DNA of 64,000 nt. Source: Blasia pusilla (taxonomy: Eukaryota). The notes under the pieces are model-generated. The model had not been told where the DNA came from. It was given only the letters and a program-made list of their open reading frames with translations, and searched no databases. The position numbers were made by a program, and so were the translations under genes. Position 1 is the first letter of the stretch; each line of letters opens with the position of its first letter. Shown in pieces: positions 12,125 through 25,242 of this stretch. Where the stretch lies: NCBI GenBank assembly GCA_050084515.1, contig CM114271.1, forward strand, positions 35,712,001 through 35,776,000, read 5' to 3'.

Positions 12125-15100
12125 AGAAAAACAAAGATCCGATAAAAATGAGTGATGGAAAACCCATCGGAAGTACAAAGAGGGGACTCAAAGAGTCAAA
12201 ACACAGAAAGGCCACAACAGACGAGAAAAGGAAGAAGGGGCATCCCCCCCTAACGACATTTAAACTCAACAAAGCAGAGACAATATCAGCAACAAGAGAG
12301 CTATGACTACTACTAAGTGGGCCTCTAGCGCCGGCGTCTCCCATACTGAGCCTACGCCAGCAAAATCCCATTAGCCTGGGCACAACGCTATGGAGACCGG
12401 CGCCTACAATCAATTAGCTAAGGACAACCCATTTTCGAGTGGAGATGATGGGCGATCCGTAATGAACGAGTCGAACCTCTCCCCCATATCCCCATACATC
12501 TCTATGGGCTGGGGGGATGAAGATGTGTCCTCGTGTAGTCCGTGGATATGTGTCTTCTTCGCCGCCGCCGCTTCCTTGTAGCATTCGCCCTTGGGCTACC
12601 ACTTTCAGACCGCCCCCGCGAGGATCTGTGACTACCACGTCCGCCACAACCACCTCAGCCTCACGTGTCATGTAGAGATCGGCACGAATGAGGGAATCCC
12701 GCATGGAGTAGTGCTCTTGACATGGAAGCCACTCTCCCGAACAACATGATAATTGCATCGTGAGTGGCTATCCTCTCACCCCAACTTGCCAAATGCACAC
12801 CAAGTGGATCCAGGCTCGGCGACACTCGCAGATGTCGAACCAATCACCGATGGTTGGGGAGGCCAAGCGGAACCGCATCGTGGTATAGGTAAGTGGTGCG
12901 ACACGGAAAGCTGGAGAAGGGGCGCGCCCCTACCCATGAGCCTGCCCCTTTCCGAGCAAGAGCATACGGGCCCTAACCTCCATGGGGATATTCCCGTCGG
13001 ACATAGTGCCTCTAAAACTGCCTCAAAGTGGGCTTCCATCAAGGAAGATTGGAGCCAGGATCGACCGGAGGTAACTAAGGAGGAGAAAGTGGGAGAACGG
13101 CTCGGCCTCAACTCAAGGGAATCTCTACAAGTGTGAGTGAAGACCGAAGTGGGAAAGAGCCATCCTCGACTGGGGGAGACGAGTGTAGAAGGAGCGGTCT
13201 ATCTCTAACCAAAAATCGGGAGCAAAGGAGGGGTGCCACTATGGCCCAACTCCCTAAAAAAGCGGAGGGCGCCACTAACTCGGTCGAGAGAAGACCTACT
13301 CCACCAAAAGAAATCGGCCAAGAGGCCTCACGAGCTAACTCCCCATGGGGCACTCTAGGATCCGGGTCCTAGAAGATCCCCAAACACTGCATGAGCTTCC
13401 TATCAAAGGATCTATATAGGGAAGAAAGGTGACTAGATGTCCAGCAGTTCTAGTGAGGTAACCAGGTCTCACGAGCAAAACAAGAAGAGAATGCAAGGCG
13501 ACTTGAGGGTCACCAACTCGTAAGATCATCAACGTGGAGAAGATCCTCGGTAAGAGCCACGCCACGAAAGTCGATGCAAAGAGGTACTCCCAAGACTCGA
13601 AGCCCTCGACAGTATAATGAAGCCGTCGGGTAAATGTAGATCATGATGTAGGCCTGATGGAGACCAAGCCTTGCACTTCCCCACCTTCACCGCCAGGCCG
13701 ACACGTGCCAATGTTTGAAAAGTGCTCGAATGCAGGGACAACCATATCTCGGGACCAACAATATGAGTATCATCTTGAAGGAACATGCAACCCGGGAAAG
13801 CCTCCACCGTAGAAAGAACAATGTAATGAGCCACACAAACAAAGGGTCACCCCCGAAGTCCCGAAGACTCCAAGACCGTGACCTCCTCTCGAATCGACCA
13901 TGGTGGAAATAGAGGGCCGAAGGGGCCCCAGAAAGCCTGCACAAAGGGAATGAGGCTCGCCATGGGGCCAATGAATATAGTAGCCGAGATTGAGTTGAAG
14001 GCGTTCTCCACATCCACTTGGAGAACCACCCACTCAGATGTACATCTAGACAAGGTCTCACAACACGGCGTGGCAACTCCAAATCGATGCGGACTGAGGA
14101 GAATCGAAAGCCTCACGGAATTGCAAAGCGAGAGTACGACTCACCAACCGCAAGAGCACCTCACCTATGGCAATCGGACGGATACCACCACCCCCTTTGA
14201 CAACGCCAAAAGTCGGCCCCTAATACTTGGGCCATCTTGGTGACACTCTCCCCGAGCTAGGTGAGAGGCAACCCGGCAACTCGGAGAAGCCGCTAGCGGT
14301 GTCCTCGGAAGGAAAGCAATCAAAGGTGACATCATAAGACAAACCTTCGGCCGCAATCCTCGAGAACGCCCGAAAGTGCCCAAAGAGGGACGGGTCAAGG
14401 CATATAGCCGTGTCGGGGTGGAAGTCACGCAAAAGCCGGAATGTCAACCGATGGACGAGGATGTCGCCCGGAGGGCATCGATGGTAACAACGAAGAAGGA
14501 GCCATGTCCATCGGGCGAAGAGTACGTGCGGTACTCGTGAGTACTCAAAGCTCGCCTCGATGTCCTACAATGCTCCAGGATCCGGGAAACCAGGTGAACT
14601 ACTACCTCGCGAATGCCACAAACTCACTCTGCAGAGACTCCCAATCACCTCCTGAAAGCGTCTCGGGCGTGCTATAACCTCTCTATGACCGGCCTTCCTC
14701 CCCAAGTGTAACGAAGACACCATCGTGGAAGGAGAAGTAGTAGGTACCACGAGAGCTCATCCATAGGATCAAGGGCGATCTAGCGAATAGCATGGGGATC
14801 CTATGGGCGGGGAAAACGGGTCTCGAAGAGACCTATAATCTTTGCCACTGGTGGGACCTCAACCACTCCCATGCCTCGGGTGGGGCGATGATGCGGGAAG
14901 CAGGAGAGCATTCATGGTCGACAAGAGGGACCACCCATCCAAATCTATCAAAGTCGGGATGTTTAGCCGCTAAGTGGTTCAATTCTAACAGTGAAGAATT
15001 CGGGACAACATGGGCATTTAGTATCCCGACTAGACGACCCACGGTTGGTCCCCAAGAAGAGGACATGGCCCCCTCCAATAAAATCGTCACGACAATCCCC

Positions 15101-15200
15101 GTCAAATGATTGTCATCCCCATTCGAACGAGCGGTCCTGGCAAACCACTCTCTTCCGTCCACAGTAATGCTCCCTCTAACATAAACTCTCACCTACCGAC
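12125..15200 (-). mobile_element. Decayed CRE-like non-LTR retrotransposon (RT plus C-terminal restriction-like endonuclease)
   Basis: RT pieces across frameshifts: GRLLALSK, GGIRPIAIGEVLLRLVSR, LSPHRFGVATP, WVVLQVDVENAFNSIS, GDPL, QDDTHIVGP. Downstream come LDPLGVHL..GERIATHDAI and RADLYMTREAEVVVADVVVTDP (RLE-type). Boundaries are approximate. Confidence 0.75.
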
Positions 15201-17361
15201 ATCACCTAGGACTTCTAGTCCCAACCCCTCCCAAAAATAAACTCATGAATAATTAGAGTTGCTAAGAGTGTGAAAAGATCATGGGCCCTTCTCACGGGAA
15301 GGGTAACAAATACAAACGTGAATCGAACCAAAATGAGAAGCACATCGACAAATACGACAAACAAGAAAGGACTTGGGAAAGGAGGGAAGGGTGGGTGAAT
15401 AGAGGCGTTACTTTGGGAAATTTCTCCAAATGACAATAAGCTAAGCCCTAATATTCACATTTAGAACCCTAATATGAACCGAATTCTAAAAAGATGAATA
15501 AAAATAAAAATACTTCACGCCATGCAGCAAGGTCCGGATCAAAACGAAGCTCTCGTCACGCTCTCCGTTTCGACATGTAGCAACGCCTCCTCCTTCCTTC
15601 CCCCCGTCCCCGTCCATGCCTCTCGCCGTCCCCGCCCAAAATCGCTGCTCCGTTGGATACTCCGTCTCCGCATGAACCAATAAACTCTTCAGAACTTCTG
15701 CAGAACCCGAGCAGCTCAGAGAAACGGGTGTGGTCCCACCTTGATGCTGTCATAATCTTGACTGGTCAAATGAGGACAATTCACCCTTCCTTGCATTGAT
15801 CACGCGACTGAGTCAACTCAGTAAGATCCGGAAATGCCCTGCCCGAAGCCTGCACAGGTTGGCTAAACTTGGTATCGTCGTTTCCACTTACTCACGGCAG
15901 TCATTGTAAGAAGTTTGGAAGTATGAGTTGCATTTCCATCCCCGCTACTTGCTCTCAGAAATAAGAAAATTAGAGAAAGATTCGACTCGTAGCTGCAGAA
16001 TTTTAAATCTTCATGTCTTGGAGACTGGACCGTACACTATAATTTCAGAAAATTCAAAACCAGTAGTGGACCATCAATTATCCTTTAAGCAATTCCAATC
16101 CCAGTCCGCAACAGAGATTCAGGGAGCAAGAACCATAGCTGGGGACAAATGTTGGTGATTTTAAAAGTTCTTCTAAAACCTCTGAATATCACTGTGGAAA
16201 ATTCAAGGTTATCCTTCAATTCTGTGTAGACATTTCGGGTATGTAGAATAATCATTCATTTGCACCTTCCTCCGCATTTCTCCCTCCTTGCCCTTCCGAA
16301 GTGCTACCTTCGTCCTCGGCCTCTACTGACACTCTGCGATGATTTTAAAGAAGCTTTACAATCAGTGTAAATCAGGTAAGCGAAATTTAGGGAGTGCGAA
16401 GATATTCGGTTGTGAAGATACTCGGATAGTTGGAATTTGAAGCAGTTGAAAACAGCGGCTGGGAATAAAAGGAACCAAGATTTGGTCATGAATCAACCGA
16501 AATTCCCTCGAATCGTCCTATAACGTAATCTTCGTTTGTTGCTACAAATTCAAGCAAGTGCGGTTCGCCGAGTAAACTACAAAATAGGAAGTATTTGATA
16601 ATACTGGGGTCAGTGCGTAACCACGCTATGCTGACGGCGGACCGCGAAAGCCACCGGGTAGTAGTAGGGTCGTTGCGACTTACTCCGACTCTCTTGAGGT
16701 TTGTTTACTCATCGAAAGCATTTTCCTTTGGAGACGTGCCTGTTTAATCTCTATGATATTGGGCCCAGAACTATGATCCTGTTACCTAGCAGTCTTCTAC
16801 CATATAGAAAAGAAACGAGGAGAATTTGAACAAATATAGAATGCATGCTTTGAAATTTCATATATTCTAAAGAAAAATGCGGATAAGGTCACAATTCTGC
16901 ACTGCAATACATCAATGTCGTACTTATCAGATCACATGCCTTGTTAGGAATCGCGGACTTTTAGTAGGCATCATCTTCACATCATTATCACCCTAAACTC
17001 ACGCTATTGAAACTTTTGATAACCGAAACACAATATTTATAAACTAATTACAAAGGCGTGAGCCTGCCTTGAGAACTCGCGCGACATCCACAACCCAGCG
17101 CGCTCTGGTGAAAGAACTTTAATTCCATCGCTGAGATATAGTATCGAAGCTTCTTGTTGCCACAAACTCCGGATAACAGGTACCATAATGCGCCGGAAAT
17201 CGCGCAGACCTATAGATCCCTTCGCATAAACTTTCACTCCAACCAAAAGTACAAAATGTAGTGGTTAGCTCCGCGTTCCACCTAAAATCAGTTCAGACCT
17301 GCGTCTCCAAGTCGTATGTACCTCGATCAGCGATCAAATGCGGCCGTCGCAGACCTCTTCA

Positions 17362-17517
17362 GCAAATGGCGCGGCTCCTTTAGCCACTGTAGGCTCCAAA
17401 CAGGGTACGTAACGGGCAAATGGCGCGGCTCCTGGAGCCATTTTAGGCTCCAAACAAGGTACCTGACTGCAAATGGCGCGGCTCCTCAAGCCAGTTCAGG
17501 CTGCAAACAAAGTACCG
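17362..17517. repeat. Three-copy tandem repeat, 53-54 bp unit
   Basis: GCAAATGGCGCGGCTCC starts at 17362, 17416 and 17469, each followed by AGCCA...AGGCT.CAAACA..GTAC. Confidence 0.9.
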
Positions 17518-18713
17518 AAGGAGGTATGCGGTTTGAGTTAGGGCAGCCCCTTACGTACTTCGTTACGTATGGCTTTCGGGATACCCAAGCGCTCTTACGT
17601 GCTTCGGGTATCCGGCGACAACTGTAAGGGCGGTACTCGGCGTAATCAGACTGGCTTAGACTAGTCCTGATAGGTCCACGGGGAAGAAGTTCACGGAGGG
17701 AAAAACTTTGTTTAGTAATAATCTCTCTTTTTTAAAGTAAAAAAATTAATATCATTCGAAATAATAAAAGTTTCTATCGGACATTCGAAGAAACGGCACA
17801 TTTATTCTGGTTCCCATTTTTCCAGACGGGATTATTGTAATCAGTGCTCCCGGGAGCTCCTAACTTGGCCCTAAACCAGATTTGAATGGCCCTAGATCAT
17901 TATAACTTATTTATAAAATTATATTTTAATATCATCTTCTATAAGATGTGACTTCCAATTTGCACGAAAAGCGGCGTACCCTTTTCTCCAAATGGGAAAG
18001 GTTGTAAATGGTCCCCGCCCCCGCCCGCGTAGACACGCGCTTACCGAGCCCGCACCCGTTGCGTGGCGTGCCAGGGTCCGCGGCACGCCCCTAGGGCGGC
18101 TTGGCCCCCATTGGGCAGGCTCAAGCCCGTGTGGGGCCCGTATGGTAGGCTAGAGGCCCACAAGGGACATGCGTAGAGCTTGCCCAAAGCTCGCATGGCG
18201 GACTCAAGGGGAGCTCTACATAGGCCCTGCGCCCGCCCTACGAGCTCTGCGCGGGCCCCCAACGCGCCATGCAGGCCTGCTTGTAGGCCTACCGCGGGCC
18301 ACACAATGGATGCAGGCTTTGTCAGCCCCGATCTACGCGGTGGACTCTAGGAAGGGCCGGGAAATCTTGTGTAAATCCCACGTCCGGAGGCGATCAGGAG
18401 TTTCCGCAGGACAAGAAATGATCGGTCCTAATAGCGGTCCCAAAAACCTTTGCCGTTTGGATGAAAGGAATCATATATATGGACTATCTATGAATACAAA
18501 ACAAACCATGTAATTTGATAAAAATAAATATACATATGAGTCATAGAATTGGAGTTGGAATGTAGACTTTGGAGGTCTAATTGACGCCCTTTATTGCCCT
18601 ATTCCCCATTTTTATGGCCTATTGCATAAGAATATTATGGGGCCACTCACTTGTAGTTGTAAGACCATGTTATGGCACTTTTAGTAGTCATCATATTGTA
18701 TTCGCTTGGATAT

Positions 18714-19066
18714 TGTAACTCTCCAGCTCACGGAACCACTCTAGAGTTGCTCAAAGGTAGAATGCCCTCAAGGCCTCTCCTCTTCCTTTATATACTTAGA
18801 GATAGGTACAATGAAGACAAATTAGCTCTACCTATCCTTATGCCACATGTCCTACTCTCATAGCATGAGAGAATCTCCTTTGGAGTCTAATGTCCCAACC
18901 TTATCTTCCTCAACCTCATCCTTATCTCCCTTTTCACCAACCTATGGCCCCACTCTCATCTTTATCTCATGTATCTTGTCTTTTCTCTTTTTGGTTGATT
19001 CTTTCCCACTTATGCGCTTCATGTCATAGATTCTAACTTAACTATGACTAACAAAGGATGGTTACA
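18714..19066 (-). repeat. 3' LTR of the chromovirus
   Basis: TGTAACT...GGTTACA on the + strand; direct repeat of 24299-24651. The adjacent 19067-19081 reads AAATGGGGGGAGGTT on the minus strand (polypurine tract). Confidence 0.97.
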
Positions 19067-19079
19067 AACCTCCCCCCAT

Positions 19080-22000
19080 TTAAGACACAACGTCCTCGTT
19101 GTGAGAACTTTCAAACTCTTGCACTATTAATGGTGCGTTCGCCAAGTTGGCTGAGGGTTCCCATGTGGCCTCAAATAGTGGATATCCTTTCCACTGGACC
19201 AAATATTCAACTCGTTGGTGATGAGCTCCTCGAGTGCGTTTCTTCAAGATACGTTCCACTTCAAATTCTTCATGATCTCCGACTATTTGAGGAAGTGGTG
19301 GAGTGACAATATTGTCCTTAAATCTTTTAGGGCGTGGAATAAATGGTTGAAGAAGAGAGACATGAAACACAGGATGGATTTTCATATGCATCGGTAGGTC
19401 TAGCTTATACGCCATGGCGCCCACTTTTTGTAGTATAGTGAAAGGCCCAATATAGCGAGGATTAAGCTTACAAACTCCTACTAATGATAAATTGGTTGTT
19501 GCTAACCAAACCTTGTCCCCTTCACAAAACTCGACATCTCGACGATGAGCATCTGCATATTGTTTTTGTCGATTTTGGACAATAACCAACTTCTCCTTAG
19601 TAAGTTGAACCCCTTTCTGAATTTGGTCCACAAACTCATTAACTGCAGCTACCTTTGTAGGTTCCCCCAGACTTTTCCCTATTCGAGTGAGACTAGAAGG
19701 AATTGAAGGATGCTCGCCATGCATTAAAAAGAACGGTGTGATCTTAGTGGAAGAGTTCATGGAGTTATTGTATGAGAACTCTACTAAGGGTAACAATGAG
19801 TCCCATCCTTGTTGATCCTCCAATGTTAAGGCGCATAACATTTCCTCAATAGTACGGTTGGCCCTTTCAGTTTGTCCATCAGTTTGAGGATGATAAGCCG
19901 TAGATATGGCTAGTTTAGTTTGGAGCAATCCGAATAAAGCCTTCCAAAATAAACTCGTGAAATGGGTTCCCCTATCAGTGATTAGCACTCTAGGGAGACC
20001 ATGATGGACAAAGACTCTCTCGATGTAGATCCTAGCCAACTCTGGTGCAGTCACAGTCTTCTTGGTCGGACGAAGGTGTATCATCTTGCTTAGTCTATCC
20101 ACAAAGACCACAATAGAGTCATATCCCGTGATCGCACATGGTAGCTCACAAACAAGATCCATAGTGACTTGTTCCCAACGTTTTTGAGGTATTGGGATCG
20201 GCTGCAACAATCTTGCTGGTTTTGTGTTACTAGCCTTGATTTGTTGATAAATCCTACAACTCCTTACATATATGTCAACATCTTCTCTCATTTTGGGCCA
20301 ATAGTATGCTCGTTGTACTCCTTCTAAGGTTTTTTTCAGCTCCCAAATGACCCGCAATGACTGTGTCGTGAGCTTTAGACAATACTTCAGTGCATAATTG
20401 TGGATCTTGTGGGATCCATACTTTACCTTTATGGAAAACCAATCCTTGAGCCTTATATACTCTGTTGGCATGAATAGCCACTGCAATTTCTTCATCCTCC
20501 TTTGTGGCTTTGGATAACTTTTTCCACCAACTAGAGTGAATCTCCACTTCAGATATGTTATTCATCTGTGATATACGAGTCAAGGCGTCTGCCAACTGCT
20601 TCTTTCCTTCCACATAGATAATTTTCATCATGAATTGTTGTCGCCATTCTGCCCATCGAATTTGTCGTTTGGAGAGCTCCTTCTGGGACTCTAAGTAGAC
20701 CAAGGGCTTGTGATCAGTCTCCACCACAAACTCCTTATCGCCCAAGTAATGTTTCCAATGCTTGGTTGCCAACATAATAGCAAGTTCTTCTCGCTCAGTT
20801 GTATGGTAGTTTTGCTCCGTTGGCAATAGCTTGCGAGAAAAGAAGGCAATAGGATGCCATCCATCCTCCCATTCTTGTTGTAGTACTCCTCCAATGCTAG
20901 TACCTGAAGCATCTGTGGCCAACTTAATGGGTCGATTAGGATCATACCACTTCAATATAGGGGCTTTGATCAAGGCATCCTTTAATGATTGAAAAGCAAT
21001 CTCTTGTGATGTGCCCCAATTCCATTTTTGTCCTTTCCCTAGTAAAGTGTTATGATTGTGCAATTTGAGCAAAACCTTTGACAAATCTTCGATAGAATCC
21101 TGTTAACCCTAGAAAACTCTTCAATTGAGTTTGATCCTCAAATGCACTCCATTTTTGGATCGCTTCTACCTTCTCACTCATCACTTGGATACCTTTTGCG
21201 CTTACTCGATGCCCTAGATAATCAACTTCTGTTTTACCGAACTCACATTTTGACGCTTTAGCATACAACTCATTATCTCTTAGGATTTGAAGGACTTCTC
21301 GTAGATGATTTATATGCTCCTCTATCGTTTTACTATAGACTAAGATATCATCTAAGAATACAATGACAGACTTGTCTAAATATGGACGAAAGATATCATT
21401 CATTAGGCCCATAAAGGTTGCATGTGCATTAGTAAGACCAAATGGCATGACTAAGTATTCAAAGTGTCCATATCTAGTACAAAAAGCAGTGTTGTACACA
21501 TCTTCATCCGCAATTCGAATTTGATTGTAGCCGCTACGAAGGTCAAGTTTGGTGAAGTATTTTGCTCCTTGTAGTTGGTCGAACAAATCATCCATTCTTG
21601 GTAATGGATATTTGTTTTTGATTGTTTGTTGATTCAGTGCTCGATAGTCGATACACAGTCGCATGCTTCCATCCTTCTTTTTCACAAAAAGGACAGGGGC
21701 TCCATATGGCGAGACGCTTGGTTGGATGAAGCCTTTCTGCAACATCTCCTCCACTTGGGCTTTGCATTCTTCTAATTCTCTTGGAGCTAAGCGGTAAGGA
21801 GCTTTACATGGTGGTGTGCTTCCTGGAAGGATCTCAATCTTGTGGTCTACCCTCCGTTTGGGTGGTAACCCTGATGGTAAATCATTTGGGAATACATCTT
21901 TGTATCCCTCCAATACTTCTCTCAACTCGTCTAGTACCTCGGAATATTTTTTCAAACCATAAACATCTCTTATTAAACCTAGGAAATATATATCTTGATG

Positions 22001-22447
22001 TTTGATGGCGGTTTTTCCTATTACATATAGGGGTAGGGTTCTAGGACGTGATCTGACTCTGTCTACGTAAAGCTTCCACTCTCGGGTCTTCACAATCTTT
22101 TTTCTCCAATCTACCTCTGGATTATACTGTTCCATCCAAGGCATTCCCAAGATAACATCATAACGTGCTAACCTAATGACCTTCATCTCCAACTCTTCCA
22201 GATACTTTCCTATCCTCAACTCTACCCTTCGAGGAAGCTTCTCAATCTTTTCTGTTTGCCAATTTGGTAATTCTACCTCTTCTTTCTGATCCCTCTCTAA
22301 AGCTAAGCCCAATTTCATAGCTATGGCTCTTGAAAGGAAGTTTTCTGTTGCCCCAGGATCAATCAACACTCTAACTTGGGATCCTTCTACTTCCCCATCT
22401 ATAACAATGAGACATGTTTCTCCTCTCTTCAAACCATTTACCTCCAT
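19080..22447 (-). pseudogene. pol: Chromovirus pol (protease, RT, RNase H, integrase, chromodomain), frameshifted
   Basis: Protease [32 protein letters not shown]; RNase H TDAS..GGVL; integrase HD..IAGHLG, MDLV, TDRG, QTER; GPF motif; chromodomain EFEVERIL..YLVQWKGY..ATWEP. Split over ORFs 21050-22447, 20275-21084 and 19080-20495. Confidence 0.93.
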
Positions 22448-22456
22448 ATGTTTGTG

Positions 22457-23628
22457 TCAACCCTCGCCTTTCCTCCTTTTGTTAGAACCAATATATTTTG
22501 TAGGCGCGACATCGTGGTTGGCGTTTCTTCGAGGTCCGCCTTCTTCGTCATCTTCCTGCATATGCCCTCCTTCAAGATGATTAAGGGGGCGACGATATGG
22601 CCTATTTCCGAGCCTACGAAGACGACAATTCATGGCTATATGACCATATCTACCACACTCAAAACATTGGCGTGTATCTCTTCGGACTTCGAATTCTCTC
22701 CCTCCTCTAGGAATCCCGACCCCGTCGGTTCGAGGAGCAATCCCTTGTATGTTGGGGTTCCGATCTCTCTCCATTGGCACCCTTCCATTATACCTTCGCG
22801 GCGCATAACCATCTCGTGCTCGAAGGTTACCCAACTCCATGGGTGTGCGTCCGTATTGGTTGTTCATGGAAGCAACCACCTCTCCTCCTCCTTCGTACAC
22901 ATTTGCCATACGTTGGGCACATGCGATTGCTTCATTGATATCTTTGGGTTGTCTGGAATCACCTCTTGACGCACCTTCTTCTTCAAACCTCTCTTAAACA
23001 GATCGAGAGCTTCTGGCCCACTCATGTCGCGGATTTGTATCTGCAAGTCACGAAACTCTTCGATGTAGTCCTCCACAGTTCCTTTCTGCTCCAGTCGCCA
23101 TAATTTCATTCTAGTAGTGAGGATTGGATCCACAGCTTGGAAATTTTGCAACAGCCCTTGCTTCATTCCGCTCTATGTAATTTGTTGAGTTGTTTCAATC
23201 AAGGATCTCTCCCATCCTTGATACCATATCAATGCTCGATCGATTAACCAAGATCTTACGAACATCCCTGCAATATGATCATCAATGTTGAAAAGGGATA
23301 AATGAATTTCCATCCGAGTGATCCAACCCTCTAATACCCCCATGGCTCAACTTCCTTTGTACGGTTCTACCTTGCATGCCTTTGTCATTTTCAATATCAA
23401 TGAGGCTTGAGCATTCATCTCCATCACTCTTTGTGCTGCTTGGGCCTCTAATACTCGTGCCCTTAAGGTTTCGTCACTCTCCCCAGAAGTCACGACACTC
23501 GTGGTTTCCGTCTCCATCCCACCTATCGGAAGAACTCTCTCTCTCTCTACTCTCATATTTATGACCGAAGCAACTTCTTGCGCTAATTCTTGGACTTGGT
23601 TTTGACTTTGATCAAATGCAACTCTCAA
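22457..23628 (-). pseudogene. gag: Chromovirus gag, fragmented
   Basis: LEQKGTVEDYIEEFRDL...LFKRGLK (retrotransposon gag) and zinc knuckle CFECGRYGHIAMNC; broken into three ORFs. Confidence 0.88.
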
Positions 23629-24285
23629 AATCTCAATTCACGAATCATATCCCTCAAAGTTTCTTCCATGATCGCTCCGACTTTCCCCTAACCCTTTACT
23701 ATCACTCTAATATAAGATCAAGATATACACCTGCCAATTTCGCACAATAGGGACTACAAAAGGTAGTGTTGATGCAATGACTTCATCATAATACGCTTGG
23801 CCAAACTTCCTCACCATAAACTCTCTATATGCTATCGTAGGGACAAACCACATGGATTATACATCGAGTGTTAAAAAACACTTGTGGGGGCCTATTCAAA
23901 TCCATTCCCCATATCTCCTCTAAAACAATATATAAATAGTGCAATCCCACACACGATCATATGTAACAATAGGGAGGATCACCGGATAGCGAAACTCCAT
24001 CACTTGCGTCATGAAAACTTCACCAAAGTGATATACGAGGTATCTCGTGAACTAGTGTCTATCTACATATAAAAGTTTGATGGTGAACGGATTAAGAAAC
24101 GGGAAATTAGGAGCCACTCTCGCTCCCCCTCCATCCATTATCTGCAAAACAGCCCTTCCCCCTTACTCTACTTGCAGCTCTATAGCCAATGCCAGCCTCT
24201 AACAACCTATCTATTCTAAACAGTATATCATTACTTAGTCATCCTTCCAAGAGGGGTAATCCACTCTCATTGGAAGAGCAACCTT

Positions 24286-24297
24286 GCTCTGATACCA
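24286..24297 (-). promoter_or_regulatory. Primer-binding site (tRNA-iMet)
   Basis: Minus strand reads TGGTATCAGAGC one base after the 5' LTR, the canonical plant iMet primer-binding site. Confidence 0.93.
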
Positions 24298-24298
24298 T

Positions 24299-24651
24299 TG
24301 TAACTCTCCAGCTCACGGAACCACTCTAGAGTTGCTCAAAGGTAAAATGCCCTCAAGGCCTCTCCTCTTCATTTATATACTTAGAGATAGGTACAATGAA
24401 GATAAATTAGCTCTACCTATCCTTATGCCACATGTCCTACTCTCATAGCATGAGAGAATCTCCTTTGGAGTCTAATGTCCCAACCTTATCTTCCTCAACC
24501 TCATCCTTATCTCCCTTTTCACCAACCTATGGCCCCACTCTCATCTTTATCTCATGTATCTTGTCTTTTCTCTTTTTGGTTGATTCTTTCCCACTTATGC
24601 GCTTCATGTCATAGATTCTAACTTAACTATGACTAACAAAGGATGGTTACA
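24299..24651 (-). repeat. 5' LTR of the chromovirus
   Basis: Direct repeat of 18714-19066, followed on the + strand by the TSD GATAT. Confidence 0.97.
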
Positions 24652-25215
24652 GATATAAAAATGCGTCTTAGAAACACTTCGATCCTAAGATTAAAATGGA
24701 GGTTCATGGGTCAGACTAAGGATAGGGTTAAAGTCCGCTTAGAGAATCATGATGCAATCTACGAGGATCTTTTGTGGGAATTGATATTGTATATGGTTGA
24801 TAAGCTATTGAGGATTAGAAGTTTAACACCTACGGGAACACTCATATATACTCTAGATTATGTGAAGGCAAAAAATCACAAGACCATAAGAAATTTGCAA
24901 AGATGAGGTAACTTAGTAATTGAAAAAATTCAGAATAAAGAGATGCTCCATGTACGCACATCACATAAGCATCCTTACAAGTAGGTTTCTCATGCTATGC
25001 TCTTGATAAATTAGAATTTCAATCAACTCTACAACTTGCCACCCTAACCTCCTATTTTCGAATTTAATCCACTTTCCCACATATTTTTATGTAGCTAACC
25101 AAAATTAAGCTCTAAGGAGCCTAAAAAATATTAATAAGGCTTGTGAAAAAATAATAAATTGGATAAGTGTTATTATTTTATCTTATAGATAGGTATTTTA
25201 GTATAATAGTAAAGG

Positions 25216-25242
25216 ATATATATATATATATATATATATATA
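25216..25242. repeat. (AT)n microsatellite
   Basis: Pure AT dinucleotide run. Confidence 0.95.

Larger units (their letters stand above)
18714..24651 (-). mobile_element. Full-length Ty3/gypsy chromovirus LTR retrotransposon
   Basis: Two 353-bp TG...CA LTRs with 3 mismatches by eye, a GATAT TSD (18709-18713 and 24652-24656), primer-binding site, polypurine tract, and gag-PR-RT-RH-IN-chromodomain order. Confidence 0.97.

Noticed and set aside
11600-12145. Overlapping short ORFs next to the CRE-like element
   Set aside because: Interrupted by stops, with no recognisable family or splice structure.
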